Origin: Tubulanus polymorphus
Taxonomy: Eukaryota > Animalia > Nemertea
Direction: 5' to 3'
Length of the DNA stretch: 64,000 nucleotides
Assembly (NCBI RefSeq): GCF_964204645.1
Contig: NC_134030.1
Span: 2,277,355-2,341,354, forward strand
Part shown: positions 50,683 to 63,413 of the stretch, piece by piece
How the letters are laid out: each line of letters opens with the position of its first letter
Numbering within the stretch: position 1 is the first letter of the stretch
Translations under genes and position numbers: made by a program
Notes under the pieces: model-generated
What the model was told of the DNA's origin: nothing
What the model saw: the letters and a program-made list of their open reading frames with translations, nothing else
Databases searched by the model: none

Positions 50683-52119
50683 GGAAATAGAGACAATAAT
50701 CAGTTCGTTCTGTGAAACAGAATTATTTCATTTCAACTATAAATCGTTTAATGTTAAAACGTGAATTTTGTTCTTTACAAAATTTGTAAAGTTTGTGCCA
50801 TCTCAAAGTATTGTAAAGTTAGAGTTATAAATGCTAGATCCCTGAAGATGTTCTATGGTGCTTATGTCCATCGAAAATCTGCTATCAATCTAGATCTGTT
50901 TTTAAAAAAATGTTCCTGAGTCTATTTTTGTCATCTAAAATTTAAAAAAAAACTGCTGCCTCCATCGTGACCGAGGCATCGTCATGTAAATTAGTTCAAC
51001 TATCTTTCGACATGTTGTGAATATTGTCCACATTCACATGAAACAATCTCGTTTACATCGAGCCCAGATGAATCAATCTGGAATATAGAATCTCAGTAGT
51101 CTAACTGAACTCTGCTACACCTCATAAATAGCAGGTTATCCTACTATATCAACGACGGAACCTTAGGACGTTCTCTCTCAAAACGTGGGTGCAATTCACC
51201 CTAAGATAGTCTCCTATCAATTTCTGGTCTTTTTAGTTCATGATAATCGAGTTCATGTTGAATTCGAATTAATTTTAGACGCAGGTCGAGGTCAATGTAT
51301 TGACAATCATTAAAAGCTACACGTCTCGTTTCTTTTTAGGCCTCTTGTTTTTTAAACGAATAATTATATCTAATTTTCATGTTAATCAACTTAAGACACA
51401 TGTCGAACTGACATATGACAATCTGTTTTTGTTGACAATCATTAGCTGAAGCAACTGACAATCGTTTCTTTTAGGTCTCTACATTAACTTTCATACTATA
51501 GTAAACTTAAGAAATGATTAAATCTCATTTAAAAATCTATCAAACTTTAGACACACGCCAAAGTGACGTATGATAAATCTTTCGACAAACATTCATAGCA
51601 ACAGTTGTTTCTTTGTTGGTCTTTATAAAATGGTTCAGTTTTATTAACTTTCAAATTTCTGGTATTCAAACATGATAGCGTAATCTCTCACTAAATCGAC
51701 TTCAGACACAAGTCAAATTGACAATCTTATCCATCATTGACAATCATTTTGGAGCAATAGTCATTTATTTTTAGGTTTCAATTGTGTTTAATTAAAAAAT
51801 ATTCCCGTGTCACCACCCCATCTTCTAAACTAATCTACATATCATATGTTTAGATGATTTTGAAAAAAGAGTAATTTGTAAGAGACTATTATTAGAGTAA
51901 TTTATTGAGACTATTTGCAAACGCATAATTTTGTATTTATGGGAAATACGAACGGTGTAAGTGGTTGTTTTTATGGATGAATGGATAAATGAATGAATGT
52001 TGGCTTATAGAAATAAATCCTTATACGAAAACAATTAAAGTGTTTTTTGTTATTGCGCGGTCAATGAGAATTTTGCAGTGGATGCTATAAGATTCCACAC
52101 AACGCACCCGACAGGAATA

Positions 52120-52360
52120 CTGTATTCCCGAAGAGGACTTAAAGGATACAGTCTAAATGTCGAAGAATGATCAACTCAAGGAAACATTTCGAACTTTTTT
52201 CAATTCTTCTTCATGTGCAGGGATTTTATATCATCTTTACAGCACAGGCTCAGCGTGTTTCATCAATGGTTATAATGAGGACAACAATAGTATTCCTGAA
52301 GATGACTATTAAGATATAGTTGAAAAGCTTAATAAACTATTAGCTCAACGAAACATTTCG
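52120..52360 (+). repeat. Degenerate tandem hammerhead-bearing repeat (family A), period about 167 bp
   Basis: ATTCCCGAAGAGGACTTAAAGGATACAGTCTAAATGTCG and ATTCCTGAAGATGACTATTAAGATATAGTTGAAAAGCTT, each followed by CTCAA(G/C)GAAACATTTC. Confidence 0.6.
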
Positions 52361-53280
52361 GAATGTGCAGAGACTTTGTATAAACTTTGCAACAATACAG
52401 AATCTTAGAGTGTGTCATCAATGGCTTGATCAGTGGATGACGTTGATGTCATTATTCGCAAACGCGTAATAATTCGAACAACAAAAAAGTCTGAAACAAC
52501 CGTTTATTAAAGAACATATGAAATATAAATACATGAATATGTTTTAATGTTTCGAGACTCGACAGAAAATTCATAAACTTTTCAGAGTTACAAAAATATA
52601 GAAAAATAAGATGTACTCAGATGGTCAACATTTAAGGTTTTATGTTATCGCTTTACGTCATAGTCGAAATAAAGTATTATCTAAAAAACATCTATTGAAT
52701 TATATTTGGTTTTCATGTATATGAATATGAAAAAGTGTGAGTTAACAAATTATAGTGATATTGTAAAAGGAAGCCAAAACAAAGAGAATCATCTGAAAGA
52801 TCACGATATCCATGATAACACAATGAATATAAAATTTCACAATTTTTGAGACTTAAACAAGTTTATTTAAAATACTAGAAACACATATGATTAAGAATAA
52901 AGAAGGGCGGTAGGAACCACCCGAAATGTTTCTAGCATTCTAATTAAAAGGACCGATCACACAACTATATCTGCATTTTGCTTTACGATTTCAAAATCAA
53001 ACCCTCTGTTTTGTTTCCGGCCGGTGTACCAAGCAAATCAGCAAATAGATAAGAAGGACAATGGTCCCTATTTCGAAATCAAACCCGCTGTTCCGCTCCC
53101 GACAGGAGAGACCGATTACGGGTTAATAAGGGATACAACATTTCAAATCGAATCTGAAACGATCAATCAATAAAAATAATAAGAATGAACAATTCCCTAT
53201 TTCAAGATTTATAAAAGCCGGACTCAGGCGTACGGAGTGTGAAACAGTGGAAGGCAGCGACGTGTGTCAGACAGTCGTTC

Positions 53281-54116
53281 AGAGTACGGGCTACTACTGT
53301 TCCCACTATCAGCGGTTAGAGTACGGGCTACTACTGTTCCTATCAGCAGTTAGAGTACGGGCTACTACTGTTCCTATCAGCGGTTAGAGTACGGGCTACT
53401 ACTGTTCCTATCAGCGGTTAGAGTACGGGCTACTACTGTTCCTATCAGCGGTTAGAGTACGGGCTACTACTGTTCCTATCAGCGGTCAGAGTACGGGCTA
53501 CTACTGTTCCTATCAGCGGTTAGAGTACGGGCTACTACTGTTCCTATCAGCGGTTAGAGTACGGGCTACTACTGTTCCTATCAGCGGTTAGAGTACGGGC
53601 TACTACTGTTCCTATCAGCGGTCAGAGTACGGGCTACTACTGTTCCCACTATCAGCGGTTAGAGTACGGGCTACTACTGTTCCTATCAGCGGTTAGAGTA
53701 CGGGCTACTGCTGTTCCTATCAGCGGTTAGAGTACGGGCTACTGCTGTTCCTATCAGCAGTTAGAGTACGGGCTACTACTGTTACTATCGGCGGTCAGAG
53801 TACGGGCTACTACTGTTACTATCAGCGGTCAGAGTACGGGCTACTACTGTTACTATCAGCGGTCAGAGTACGGGCTACTACTGTTCCTATCAGCGGTCAG
53901 AGTACGGGCTACTGCTGTTACTATCGGCGGTCAGAGTACGGGCTACTACTGTTCCTATCGGCGGTCAGAGTACGGGCTACAACTGTTACTATCGGCGGTC
54001 AGAGTACGGGCTACTACTGTTCCTACTATCAGCGGTCAGAGTACGGGCTACTACTGTTCCTACTATCGGCGGTCAGAGTACGGGCTACTACTGTTCCTAT
54101 CAGCGGTCAGAGTACG
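53281..54116. repeat. 34-bp minisatellite (37-bp variants)
   Basis: Unit AGAGTACGGGCTACTACTGTTCCTATCAGCGGT(T/C), about 24 copies with no spacers. Confidence 0.95.
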
Positions 54117-54915
54117 ACCTGTTACTATTTATACTTTCAGCGGATTGTGACATTTTAATCATTGATAATGTTCCTGATATGATGGATTTCAATCGAGTCG
54201 AAGTTCAATTGAACCCGAATGATAATGGACTAGGGGTTGTTATAAATCATTTATTGTCATCACGGTAAAATCATTATCAAATCGCTTAGTATCTGAATAA
54301 GATCCATCCCTTGATTAGGGAGTGGTCATAATTTCGAGTCTATAGATGAACGGGAGACTAATCATTCGGAATACTGAATAATTGATCCATGATGTTAATG
54401 ATATTACAATATTTGAATTCTTTGAAATGAACGTATATAACATCCGTACAGACCTCGATTAGACAGACACATTGAGTTACATTCATATCCTAAAATTGAA
54501 ATCATTATGAATAGCCAGGGACAGATTTAATCTCAAATAAACGTAAGATTAACATTTAAATACATCAGCACTGATGCCAGGACGGAATTTAAGGGTTGAA
54601 CAGGAACCAGTCAGTTCCGCAAATCTGAGAAATTTTAATTCATTTTTAGATAGTTAGAATAGTCATGATTTTGACCCACAGGACTCAGTTCCACGAAGCT
54701 AGGTTTGGTTTGATTCTCATTGACTGTTAAAATGTGTATCCAACGTGATTCCAGTTCCATAGTTCTGATCCCATAGTTTGACCAGATACCGTTAGCTCAT
54801 TGCCAGTGCTTTAAATGAAATACCAAACCTTAACTGCATTCAGAACTGTGGAGCTGATGCCTGGCCTCTTGAACGGAGTCCTGAACCGGGAGGAAGTTCA
54901 CCATTTCCGCTATTG

Positions 54916-57900
54916 TTAAGTTTTGAATGCGACTACCGGTGTTTTACTGATGACGTCATCCTCCGGATGTTGGTTAACTTCGTTCTGTTTGTTTCCGGTT
55001 CGCGTGAATGAATTGATCACTTGATTCCCGACGAAAAATAAAACTTCTACGAGCGCCAGTAAAGACGCACCGAGATACAATCCGGCAGTTCCACCAATAT
55101 CACCTGTACAATACAACATCAAACATTACACAAATATAACATTTTGACGTTTTTACTTTATCATAGTTATCTTCAGGAATATCGGATACTTTCCTATCTC
55201 AATATTCATGAAAATATCTAATATAATCAAAAGATGGAAAATGAATCATTAACTAAACAAAACCTTTTAGGTCTCGTTTTCCTTTTCTGAGTTTGGGATT
55301 CTCTTTATCCAATGGTTTATTACTCGAATATAGTTCTAATGAAAACTGAATTGAATCGTAAAATAAATTCATTTCAATAATCCATGAAACATGAACCAAA
55401 TATAGATTTAACAATCTCGAGTTGGTATAAATCACTGATTGGTCATGTATTTCATATATGGATAACAACCTTGAGATGATATCAATCACTGATTGGTGAT
55501 GTATTAACTAAACCTAATTTAGATTAAGAAAGAAATGTTTATTTGTTCTTGTTACTTACAAACCAATGAGAACCAAGAGTACGCTTCCGATTTCGACAAT
55601 TTCTGAATTTCCATCGTTCTAAAGAATACGTTCACATAAACAAAGTTGTTCCTGAAAGTTGAATTTAGGAAAAAATCAGACAGGTCTTAATCTGCTATAA
55701 AGAGTTCATGATAGAACTAGAAAATGAATCTGTGGGGGATGAAAGAGGCGCAACCGGCTGCACCCCTCAGACAGGCTGTAGCCCACCTCCTTATGAAATG
55801 TGTAGCCTGTACGCGTGCCCACCCTCAGATGAACCACTCTCAGTAACCCGTCTCCTCCCCCTGAGAAAATCTACAGGCCCGTTGCTACCGCGAAGAAGAA
55901 GAATGACAAAAATATACAAAACATGACGATGACGACGACGATGATGATATCGAAGATGATGATGATGAAGATGACGAAGACGTTATGAAACTAAAAATGA
56001 GCATGAAGTGTATAAGATGAAAATAAAGATACAAACTATTGCTTACTGAATGAAAGTGTCATCAATTTGTATCGAGTTTTCAAACTTTAGCATGTGTTCC
56101 ATCAGTTTGTTTTTCGATTCGACACTTTTTCTGTGGTATTCTTTCAGTTCCAGGTCGATCTTCAAAGCATCTTCGGTTTGTTGCCGCAACGTGATCATGT
56201 TAGTCGTTATCGTCGGTATAATCTTCGTCACTGGGTCACTCGTCGACGGAAATGTTGATTGAACATTCTGAGCCACATACTCGAACGCCGATTGAAAAGT
56301 TCTGTAGAGAAAAATAATAAATTAATTTGAAAAAATTTCTTTATTAGAAATTATAAATTCATTTGTTCACGCAAACGGGAGACACACCACGTGCGATTCT
56401 ATGATAAACATTTTTACAATTAAAAAACGCTCATATTATCATATTATATATATATATTGATAACTAATAATTTATATTTTATGAAATTGTATACGTTATG
56501 AGGAGAGAATCCCACAATGATAATAAAAAGTCCGAAAATGAAACTTCGAGATAGTAGTTTATTTCAACGTTTCGACTATATCCTAATAGTCATCTTCAGG
56601 AATAATAGTCATCTTCATTATTCCTGAAGATGACTATTAGGATATAGTCGAAACGTTGAAATAAACTACTATCTCGAAGTTTCATTTTCGGACTTTTTAT
56701 TATCATTGTGGGATTCTCTCCTCATCGCGTCAACACGGATATAGTGTTCTACCAATCGTGTATACGTTACTTTTCTAGTTCCACGAATGCCGACGAGATT
56801 TTCGGGAAATCGTTAGATGAAAATTCACCCAAAATCCACAGCAGGTCATCGACGTAAAACATACTATGATTGCAAACTTTTAGAACGTCTGTCATTCTCC
56901 CTATGACGTGACCGTTATTGGTTACATTTTGAAAAGGTCGTAAGAAGTTTTTGTCCGCGTCGTCCATCATCTTTTTCAGATCGATATCACTCGATTGATC
57001 GGGTTGAATTTCTTCTAGAGCATTTGTCAATTTAGTGTAGGCGAAGTCTATAGACAATTGATGAGTGTTAGTTTTAGCCACCATGTTTTGCACTTTGGTA
57101 AGAATATTCCCGAGTTGATCGTAAAGGTTTAAAGCGGTTTCGCCGATATCGCTCGCGTATTTCGTGTAGTTTTGAATCGAATTTTCAAACTCTGTCCATT
57201 CGTACGCGGTCGGTGGTTTAGAGTCGAAATTCTGGATTTGTTGAATTGTATTGTCTGCCGCCCAAGCGATATCGTCGCTCCTTAACAAAAGTTGGTCTAA
57301 AGTGTCTTTTATCTTTCCGAGTTCGTCGGATAGAATCGTCGCTGGAAAACGTCTCAGAGGATCTTCGGTATCGTCGTCTGGTTTCTCGTTCTCTTCTTTC
57401 AAACTCAAATAGACGTCGAAGAATTCGTAATAAACTCGATATTGAACGTCGGAAACTCGATCGAAAATTTCGTAAACTTCACCGGCGCTCGCAATGTAGT
57501 CATCTTTCGGTTTTGACCTCGACAACAGGTAATCTCGCATTATATCTAAATGCGGACGAACTTCTAACTTTAAGGCTTGTCTGAATTCGGCTAACGGAGT
57601 TAGAATCATCGGTTCAATTCGATCAACCGCTGATACTTTCAAATAGTTTTTCTTGGTTTTTTCCAATTCTTCCACAATGGTGTAAAATGCATTGTATACA
57701 TCTATTGACGCATTGTCGACCACATCAATATTAGCTTTCAGAAACGTCGACAAAGCATTTATATGTGATTTGGTATCAACCAAATCGTTGTTGAATTTTG
57801 CGATTATCTTTAGGTCTTGGGTTTTTATTTTCGGGTCGACCCGATGAATGGCGTCCATTGAAGTCTGATAGTCGGAGACCAGAGTTTCTTCATGACTGTA

Positions 57901-60634
57901 TCTAGCCGATATGGTTTTAGCCATATAAGACGATAGCGACGAATAACTAATTTGCGATTCGTATGAGATTTTCTGACAAGGAATTGAACATTGTGAATTA
58001 CAAATTGATGAATTCCTTTTTACTTTGGCTGAAATGAATAACAAAAAAACATTTAATGAAATTAAATCTAAAACTTGTTAATCTACCAAACTTTTTCTAT
58101 TTTACTGTAACTTTGAACACAGTAATGTTAATGCAAATCATATAGTAACTATGTCCGAAGTTCCGTGTACAAATGTAACTGATAGTAAAACATAGCAATG
58201 ATAAAAATAGTGATTCAGAGCGATAGTGTTATGAAGATTCAAAAGCTGTTTTACACACGTAGTTTAACAGACAGACAGAATTTTGATTTTTTGTATTCTA
58301 CTTAAATCGTTCCATTTTACTGTGTCATTGTTTAGTTCAGTACGCAACTTGTTTAGTTTTACTTTGCACGCGATTTGTAAATCTGATCTGCAAGTTATTC
58401 AGCGATTCATGGAGATACGTTATGGAGGTTCAAGTGTAGCTTTACATAGTTGAACAGATAGAAATATGAATAAATGTTTGACTGAATAAAACGTACACAG
58501 TTCTAGTTGCATACAGTCACGGTTTTTGATCATGCTACAATAAGGCAATCCATCGAATTGATTTTGTTCCGCGTAGTAAGGCAAACACTGACAAACATCG
58601 GCAGCTTTTCTAATGTGACATTGTCTTAAACACGTTTCCAACGGAGCGACGCCATGTTTACAAGTACCGTGAGGATATGGCAGTTCAGTCGTCTGAAAAA
58701 TCAATTTATGTTTTTCTTGTTTTGACTTCCCATCACACGTTTAAGTATTCTAAACTAGATTTAAGACCAGTCTAAGACTATCTAAGTTCTATAGCCAATC
58801 TAAAAATTTAAGATCAGTTTTAAGAGATTGTGCAACTTTGCACGATTGTGCAACTGGCTCCAGATGCATTGACAACACTTATAAACGAGTTACCAAAAAA
58901 CTGTCGATTTGGTTTTTTAACAAATTATTTTCTACAAGTCAAGTTCATCCCTACCTGTAGTGTATTGATACCAATAACGGCCATCATTTTTGCCGGCACA
59001 AAAATTCCCAGGTTTTTGACTCGAGGAACTTCGTTTTTATCGTGAACAAGAACTCGTAATCCTGATGACTTGTGTTCACCGCTCATTGTCTGATACGTTT
59101 CCATATTTATCAATAATCTCAATCCGAATGCGATACCTAATGAATATTCATTAAACGTCATTAGCATATTTATTTGCATAACTATTAGATTGATTATTGT
59201 TCAGTCATTTTTTTTGTACTGCATTTTGACTAACTTTTGTCACCACACGTGTTGATGTATAATGGTCCAGTGTTAATCAAACATTTACTTTTTATTGTGC
59301 CTTAGAAATACTTTAAACCACTTCAATTTTATCCGTAATTAGTTTGGGGAAAAAGTTGATATTTGTTATCGTGATTTAGAGGCCCTCATTGGACGATGTT
59401 GAGTGCTTGGATTCTTGTCATCACATCACATCGGGTTCGAATCCCAGATATAGAAAATATTTACGAAAATCTGAATCTAACAGAATTCCGATACAGCTTT
59501 ACAGCAATATAAAACATTCACATTCATTTCAGTTTTTTTTTAGAGTACTAGATGTTTTTACGTCTTGAATTTCAATTTCTAAAACCTACCCGTTCCTTGT
59601 GAGGAAACGTTTCGTGATTGGTCGATGTTAAAACTGTAACACAAGCCGTAATCAGTGAATATTGCCGTGAAATTATTCGTATCCAGATTTTCAGATTGAA
59701 ACGACGCTTTTTTGATTGAATCTTTCATTCTGTGGCTCATGTTTAACATCAAATAACGTAAATCCATTTGAACGACAGACGATGATGAAGAGTTATAAGT
59801 TTTATCACTGTAAAATCCTGATACCTGTTCATGAAACCCGGCCGCCTCTACATCAGATAACCTTTAAACGAAGACAGTTTTATAGGTTTTAATTCTTTAT
59901 GAATTAGAAAAATTAGATTTTATTTCATTTACGATTTTATCATAAAATCCACTTGTAACAAAACTTTTGAATTGTATCGTTTTGAACAAGTCAATGAATT
60001 CGCCGATGACAGTTCAAAAAGATTTCTGACACTAATATCGTTGATAGATATTTCCTGTTCGCTAACGTTCTGAGTCTACAGTTCTACATATTTTACCTAA
60101 TTCAACATTCGTAAATGAAATAAAGTGGCTACCTGAAAGTGTTAGTGTTACAGATAGTAACAGCAGGGAATGATAGTTCTCCTGTTTCTGGTTTTCCCAC
60201 TGTTATATCAGAAGTTACAGGCCACGACAGATAATACGTGGTACGGTCATATATCTGATAACACAATACGCCAGTCATACCCACAAATAAAATCAACCAA
60301 ATCAACCTGAAATATATTACAATCAGAATAGATACTTTACAATCATCGCAGTTCTACAATTCATGGGTAGATTTGGAAGTTGTGCATGAATTAATAATCT
60401 TTAAATCGAATAAAGACTAAATTTGAAATAACTCTATCAATTCAAAGATCTATATGATCAAATATTACTTTCCCTGTGCTGGAGTATAGGTTGAAGAATA
60501 AGCTATACTCACCTAGCGTAGAAGTTAGGCGAATGTGCGATGTATTTCACTCCGTGGAAGTTTGTTTCATTAGCGAAATCAAGAGCCGCCGTTTTAAAAC
60601 TCTCTTTCTCTTTCGCGTCTTGTTTTTCAGCCAT
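54916..60634 (-). CDS. DEG/ENaC channel with a large extracellular insertion, copy 2 (inverted paralog)
   Basis: Same nine-exon structure and motifs as copy 1 (MAEKQDAKEKES..TAALDFANETNFHG; FPAVTICN; giant exon about 56771-58029; DIGGTAGLYLGAS). Ends SKTPVVAFKT*. Confidence 0.92.
56499..56758. mobile_element. Family-A palindrome with two back-to-back hammerhead motifs
   Basis: About 108-bp inverted arms (56498-56725) with no mismatch seen. CUGAAGA-U-[GACUAU uaggau AUAGUC]-GAAA-C-GUU at 56624-56657 (+) and about 56566-56599 (-). 33-nt tail. TSD TGTATACGTTA at 56488 and 56759. Confidence 0.88.
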
Positions 60635-61318
60635 TGTTTCAAGCAATTGAAAATAGTTGAGAATAAAAGTAGTTTTAACGATTCAAACTCAATTGACGAA
60701 TTACCCCCGAAAACTTATGCGAAATCTGCAGAACGGAGCGGTTATAATATCAACTGAATCCTCCTTGTGTAAGAAAAACTCCTGACTATTCCCGATTTTG
60801 TTGTTAAGAGGGCGGTGAGGTCACAATCCAAGCTACAGACGCACAAACGTTCAAACCCCGTGAGTCTGCTGTAACACGCGATATCAACAACTGGTAGCCA
60901 TGAAACTGTATCGGCTGAAAGAATGATTTTTTGAAATAAAGCCCGGAATAGAACAATCGATATTTGTTACATTTTAACCTGAACACACGTCATTAGCGTC
61001 AATTCAGGAACAAATTAAAAATGCAAAATTGAATGAGAGAAGTACCTTAAACAATTGGATCCACCGGTGAAACGAAAATATCTGCCGTGGCACATCACGC
61101 AGCTCGTATTGACTGATCCTGCGGGAGGTCTACAGCCTTTTAATTGCCAGTAATATTTCAGATGTGTAATGGCTTCATTGAACATTATCAAACATGCATG
61201 AGTATGTGAATTATAATCGATTAATTGGATTGTTTTCGTAGCGATCAAACCAGTTTACAGTCGTTTCTATTGTTTCATAAATGTTATTGACGCAGGTGTT
61301 CTTCTGCTGCTAGGAGCG

Positions 61319-61555
61319 TGCATCCCTCTCAGCCTGGACTTTGCCCCCTCCAGTCTGGACCCTGGCTGCACCCCATCAACCTGGACCTTGCACCCCTCTC
61401 AGCCTGGACTTTGCCCCCTCCAGTCTGGACCCTGGCTGCACCCCATCAACCTGGACCTTGCACCCCTCTCAGCCTGGACTTTGCCCCCTCCAGTCTGGAC
61501 CCTGGCTGCACCCCATCAACCTGGACCTTGCACCCCTCTCAGCCTGGAACCTGCA
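61319..61555. repeat. 70-bp GC-rich tandem repeat, about 3.4 copies
   Basis: Unit TGCACCCCTCTCAGCCTGGACTTTGCCCCCTCCAGTCTGGACCCTGGCTGCACCCCATCAACCTGGACCT, itself made of three roughly 23-bp subunits. Confidence 0.95.
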
Positions 61556-62084
61556 CAGACACACTTCACATGTATTCAGAACTTCACTCGAGAGACATTT
61601 TTGATTAAGAATATTCTACAAACATTAGATATTGGAGATTTTATCAGCACCCTGTCAGAAACTAATCGCCCACAGAGCACGCAGTTGACTAAGGTGGATG
61701 CCCGAGGAGCTGGCCTCAGCGTACTAGACCTATATAATGGAATTGAAGATATATAATATCATTATCAGTCGAGGGCAGATTATTTAACCTTGTCACGACT
61801 AAGCCATATATATCGTAATCCTTATTGAGTAGAGACGATGATCAAAGTAATTTCCCTAATGTCACAATTATTTCTATATCAGCTTCATCATGACGGATAT
61901 CGTATGACGTATATTCTGCAGCCGTGTAACGGTTAGTTAACAGTAAGCCGCTAACAGCGCTCTGTAGATTTCGCTGTAATTATCCCGTCATTTTCACCTC
62001 GAATCGAGAAAGAGTTGTAAGAGTTTTTAGTTTTCCGTCGCGCACACGCACGATTTTCATTCATAATTCCATCGCTGAACGATA

Positions 62085-63413
62085 ATGACGAACGGATCTC
62101 AAATTCAGCCCTTAAAACTCTCGTCGACTACGTATTTCATCACCGGATTTTTCCTCACTTCGATTTGTAAGTTAATTCCGTGTTTTGTTTTTTTTTAAAG
62201 TGAACCATTTGCGACCAAAACTTCAAACTATTCGAATATACGTATTAGGTTATTTTTCTGTCACCCGTTGCTTATGTGTCTTACCTATCTTTTAACCAAT
62301 GTTTGAAATATCACGATACAGGGGGCAGTTACAGAAAGGTTGTTTGATGTTAACCAGTTTTTGAATACATCAGTAGCGGGTCAGAAAGGTTTTGTAATGT
62401 TATCTAGTGTTTAAATACCGCAGTGCACGATCCAAAAGGTTTTATCTACTGTGAATCTGTGTTGGTTAAAGCAAGGAGGTGAGTTAAAGGCTCCCTTGTT
62501 AACGGCTTTATTTTTAATATCAACTGAGAGGTGGACCCTTCTGATATCAGGTACCGCGGTAGAGAGATCAGTCATTTGTTAAGTGATGTTATCAAATAAC
62601 ATTGTAAAAATTATGTCTTGTTTTTTTCTCTAGTAATGACTTAAGACGTGGTTCATTGCATTTTGTATTAAAGGTGTTGTGGCGACGGTTGGAAATACAT
62701 TTCTACTATTACTTCTCACCAAATTCAAGCTATTTCATCGACCTATTAATCTCTTATTGATTAACCTGTCCGTAGCCGATCTCATCGAAGCTTTCATCGC
62801 CTACATATTTGCCGTGATTTCCACTTTCCAGCAAAGGTAAGCTTTTTCTTTTGTAATGTACCCAGACTTGGAAATTTCAGAAAAAGAAAAAAGGAAAAAG
62901 CGAAAACTTGGAAAATTATGGATAAATGTTCAATCATGTATAGAAAATATTACTTTTTCGGCCTCAACCCGTTTGGTGTCACTCAGGGCAACATTAGCCC
63001 CTCAAACAACTGTGTGTAACTTATGATTCGAAGTTTCGTCTTTTCCAATCAGGGGAAGTTAGGCCAGAGAACACTCTGCAGCCACCAGGGCTTAGCTACC
63101 GAGTCGTGAAGTCCAAGAGTGGACTCTAGTGTAGATTTGGTCTGATGCTAGATTGGCTATACCATGTTTGTACAACTGGGCCATGTATTCGAACCTATGA
63201 CTACTAGATTGACCATTCTGTCGAATCGTAGTTCTTTAAACGTATTGGATATAAAGTCATGCTCTTCGTGTATATTTTACAGATGGCTGTTTGGATATAC
63301 GGGCTGTGCGCTGTACGGTTTTGTATGTTTTGCTACTGCCCTCAGTAATATTTTCACCCATGTCGCACTGGCCGTCTACAGATACAGATGCGTTTGTAAA
63401 CCAAAATTTTTGG
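62085..63413 (+). CDS. Opsin-like class A GPCR (peropsin/Group 4-like), first three exons; continues beyond the window
   Basis: Exons 62085-62166, 62674-62836, 63283-63413: TM1 ...VATVGN, TM2 PINLLLINLSVADL, ECL1/TM3 RWLFGYTGCALYGFVCF...LAVYRYRCVCKP. The retinal-binding Lys in TM7 is not within the window. Confidence 0.75.

Noticed and set aside
50840-50880. CTGAAGA...GAAA hammerhead-like string
   Set aside because: Stem II pairs poorly and the ACGT/GUH element is missing.
53281-54116. CRISPR-like array (34-37 bp repeats)
   Set aside because: Units are contiguous with no unique spacers, there are no cas genes, and the context is eukaryotic.
61318-61756. Three overlapping Pro-rich ORFs
   Set aside because: Product of a stop-free 70-bp repeat whose period is not a multiple of 3.
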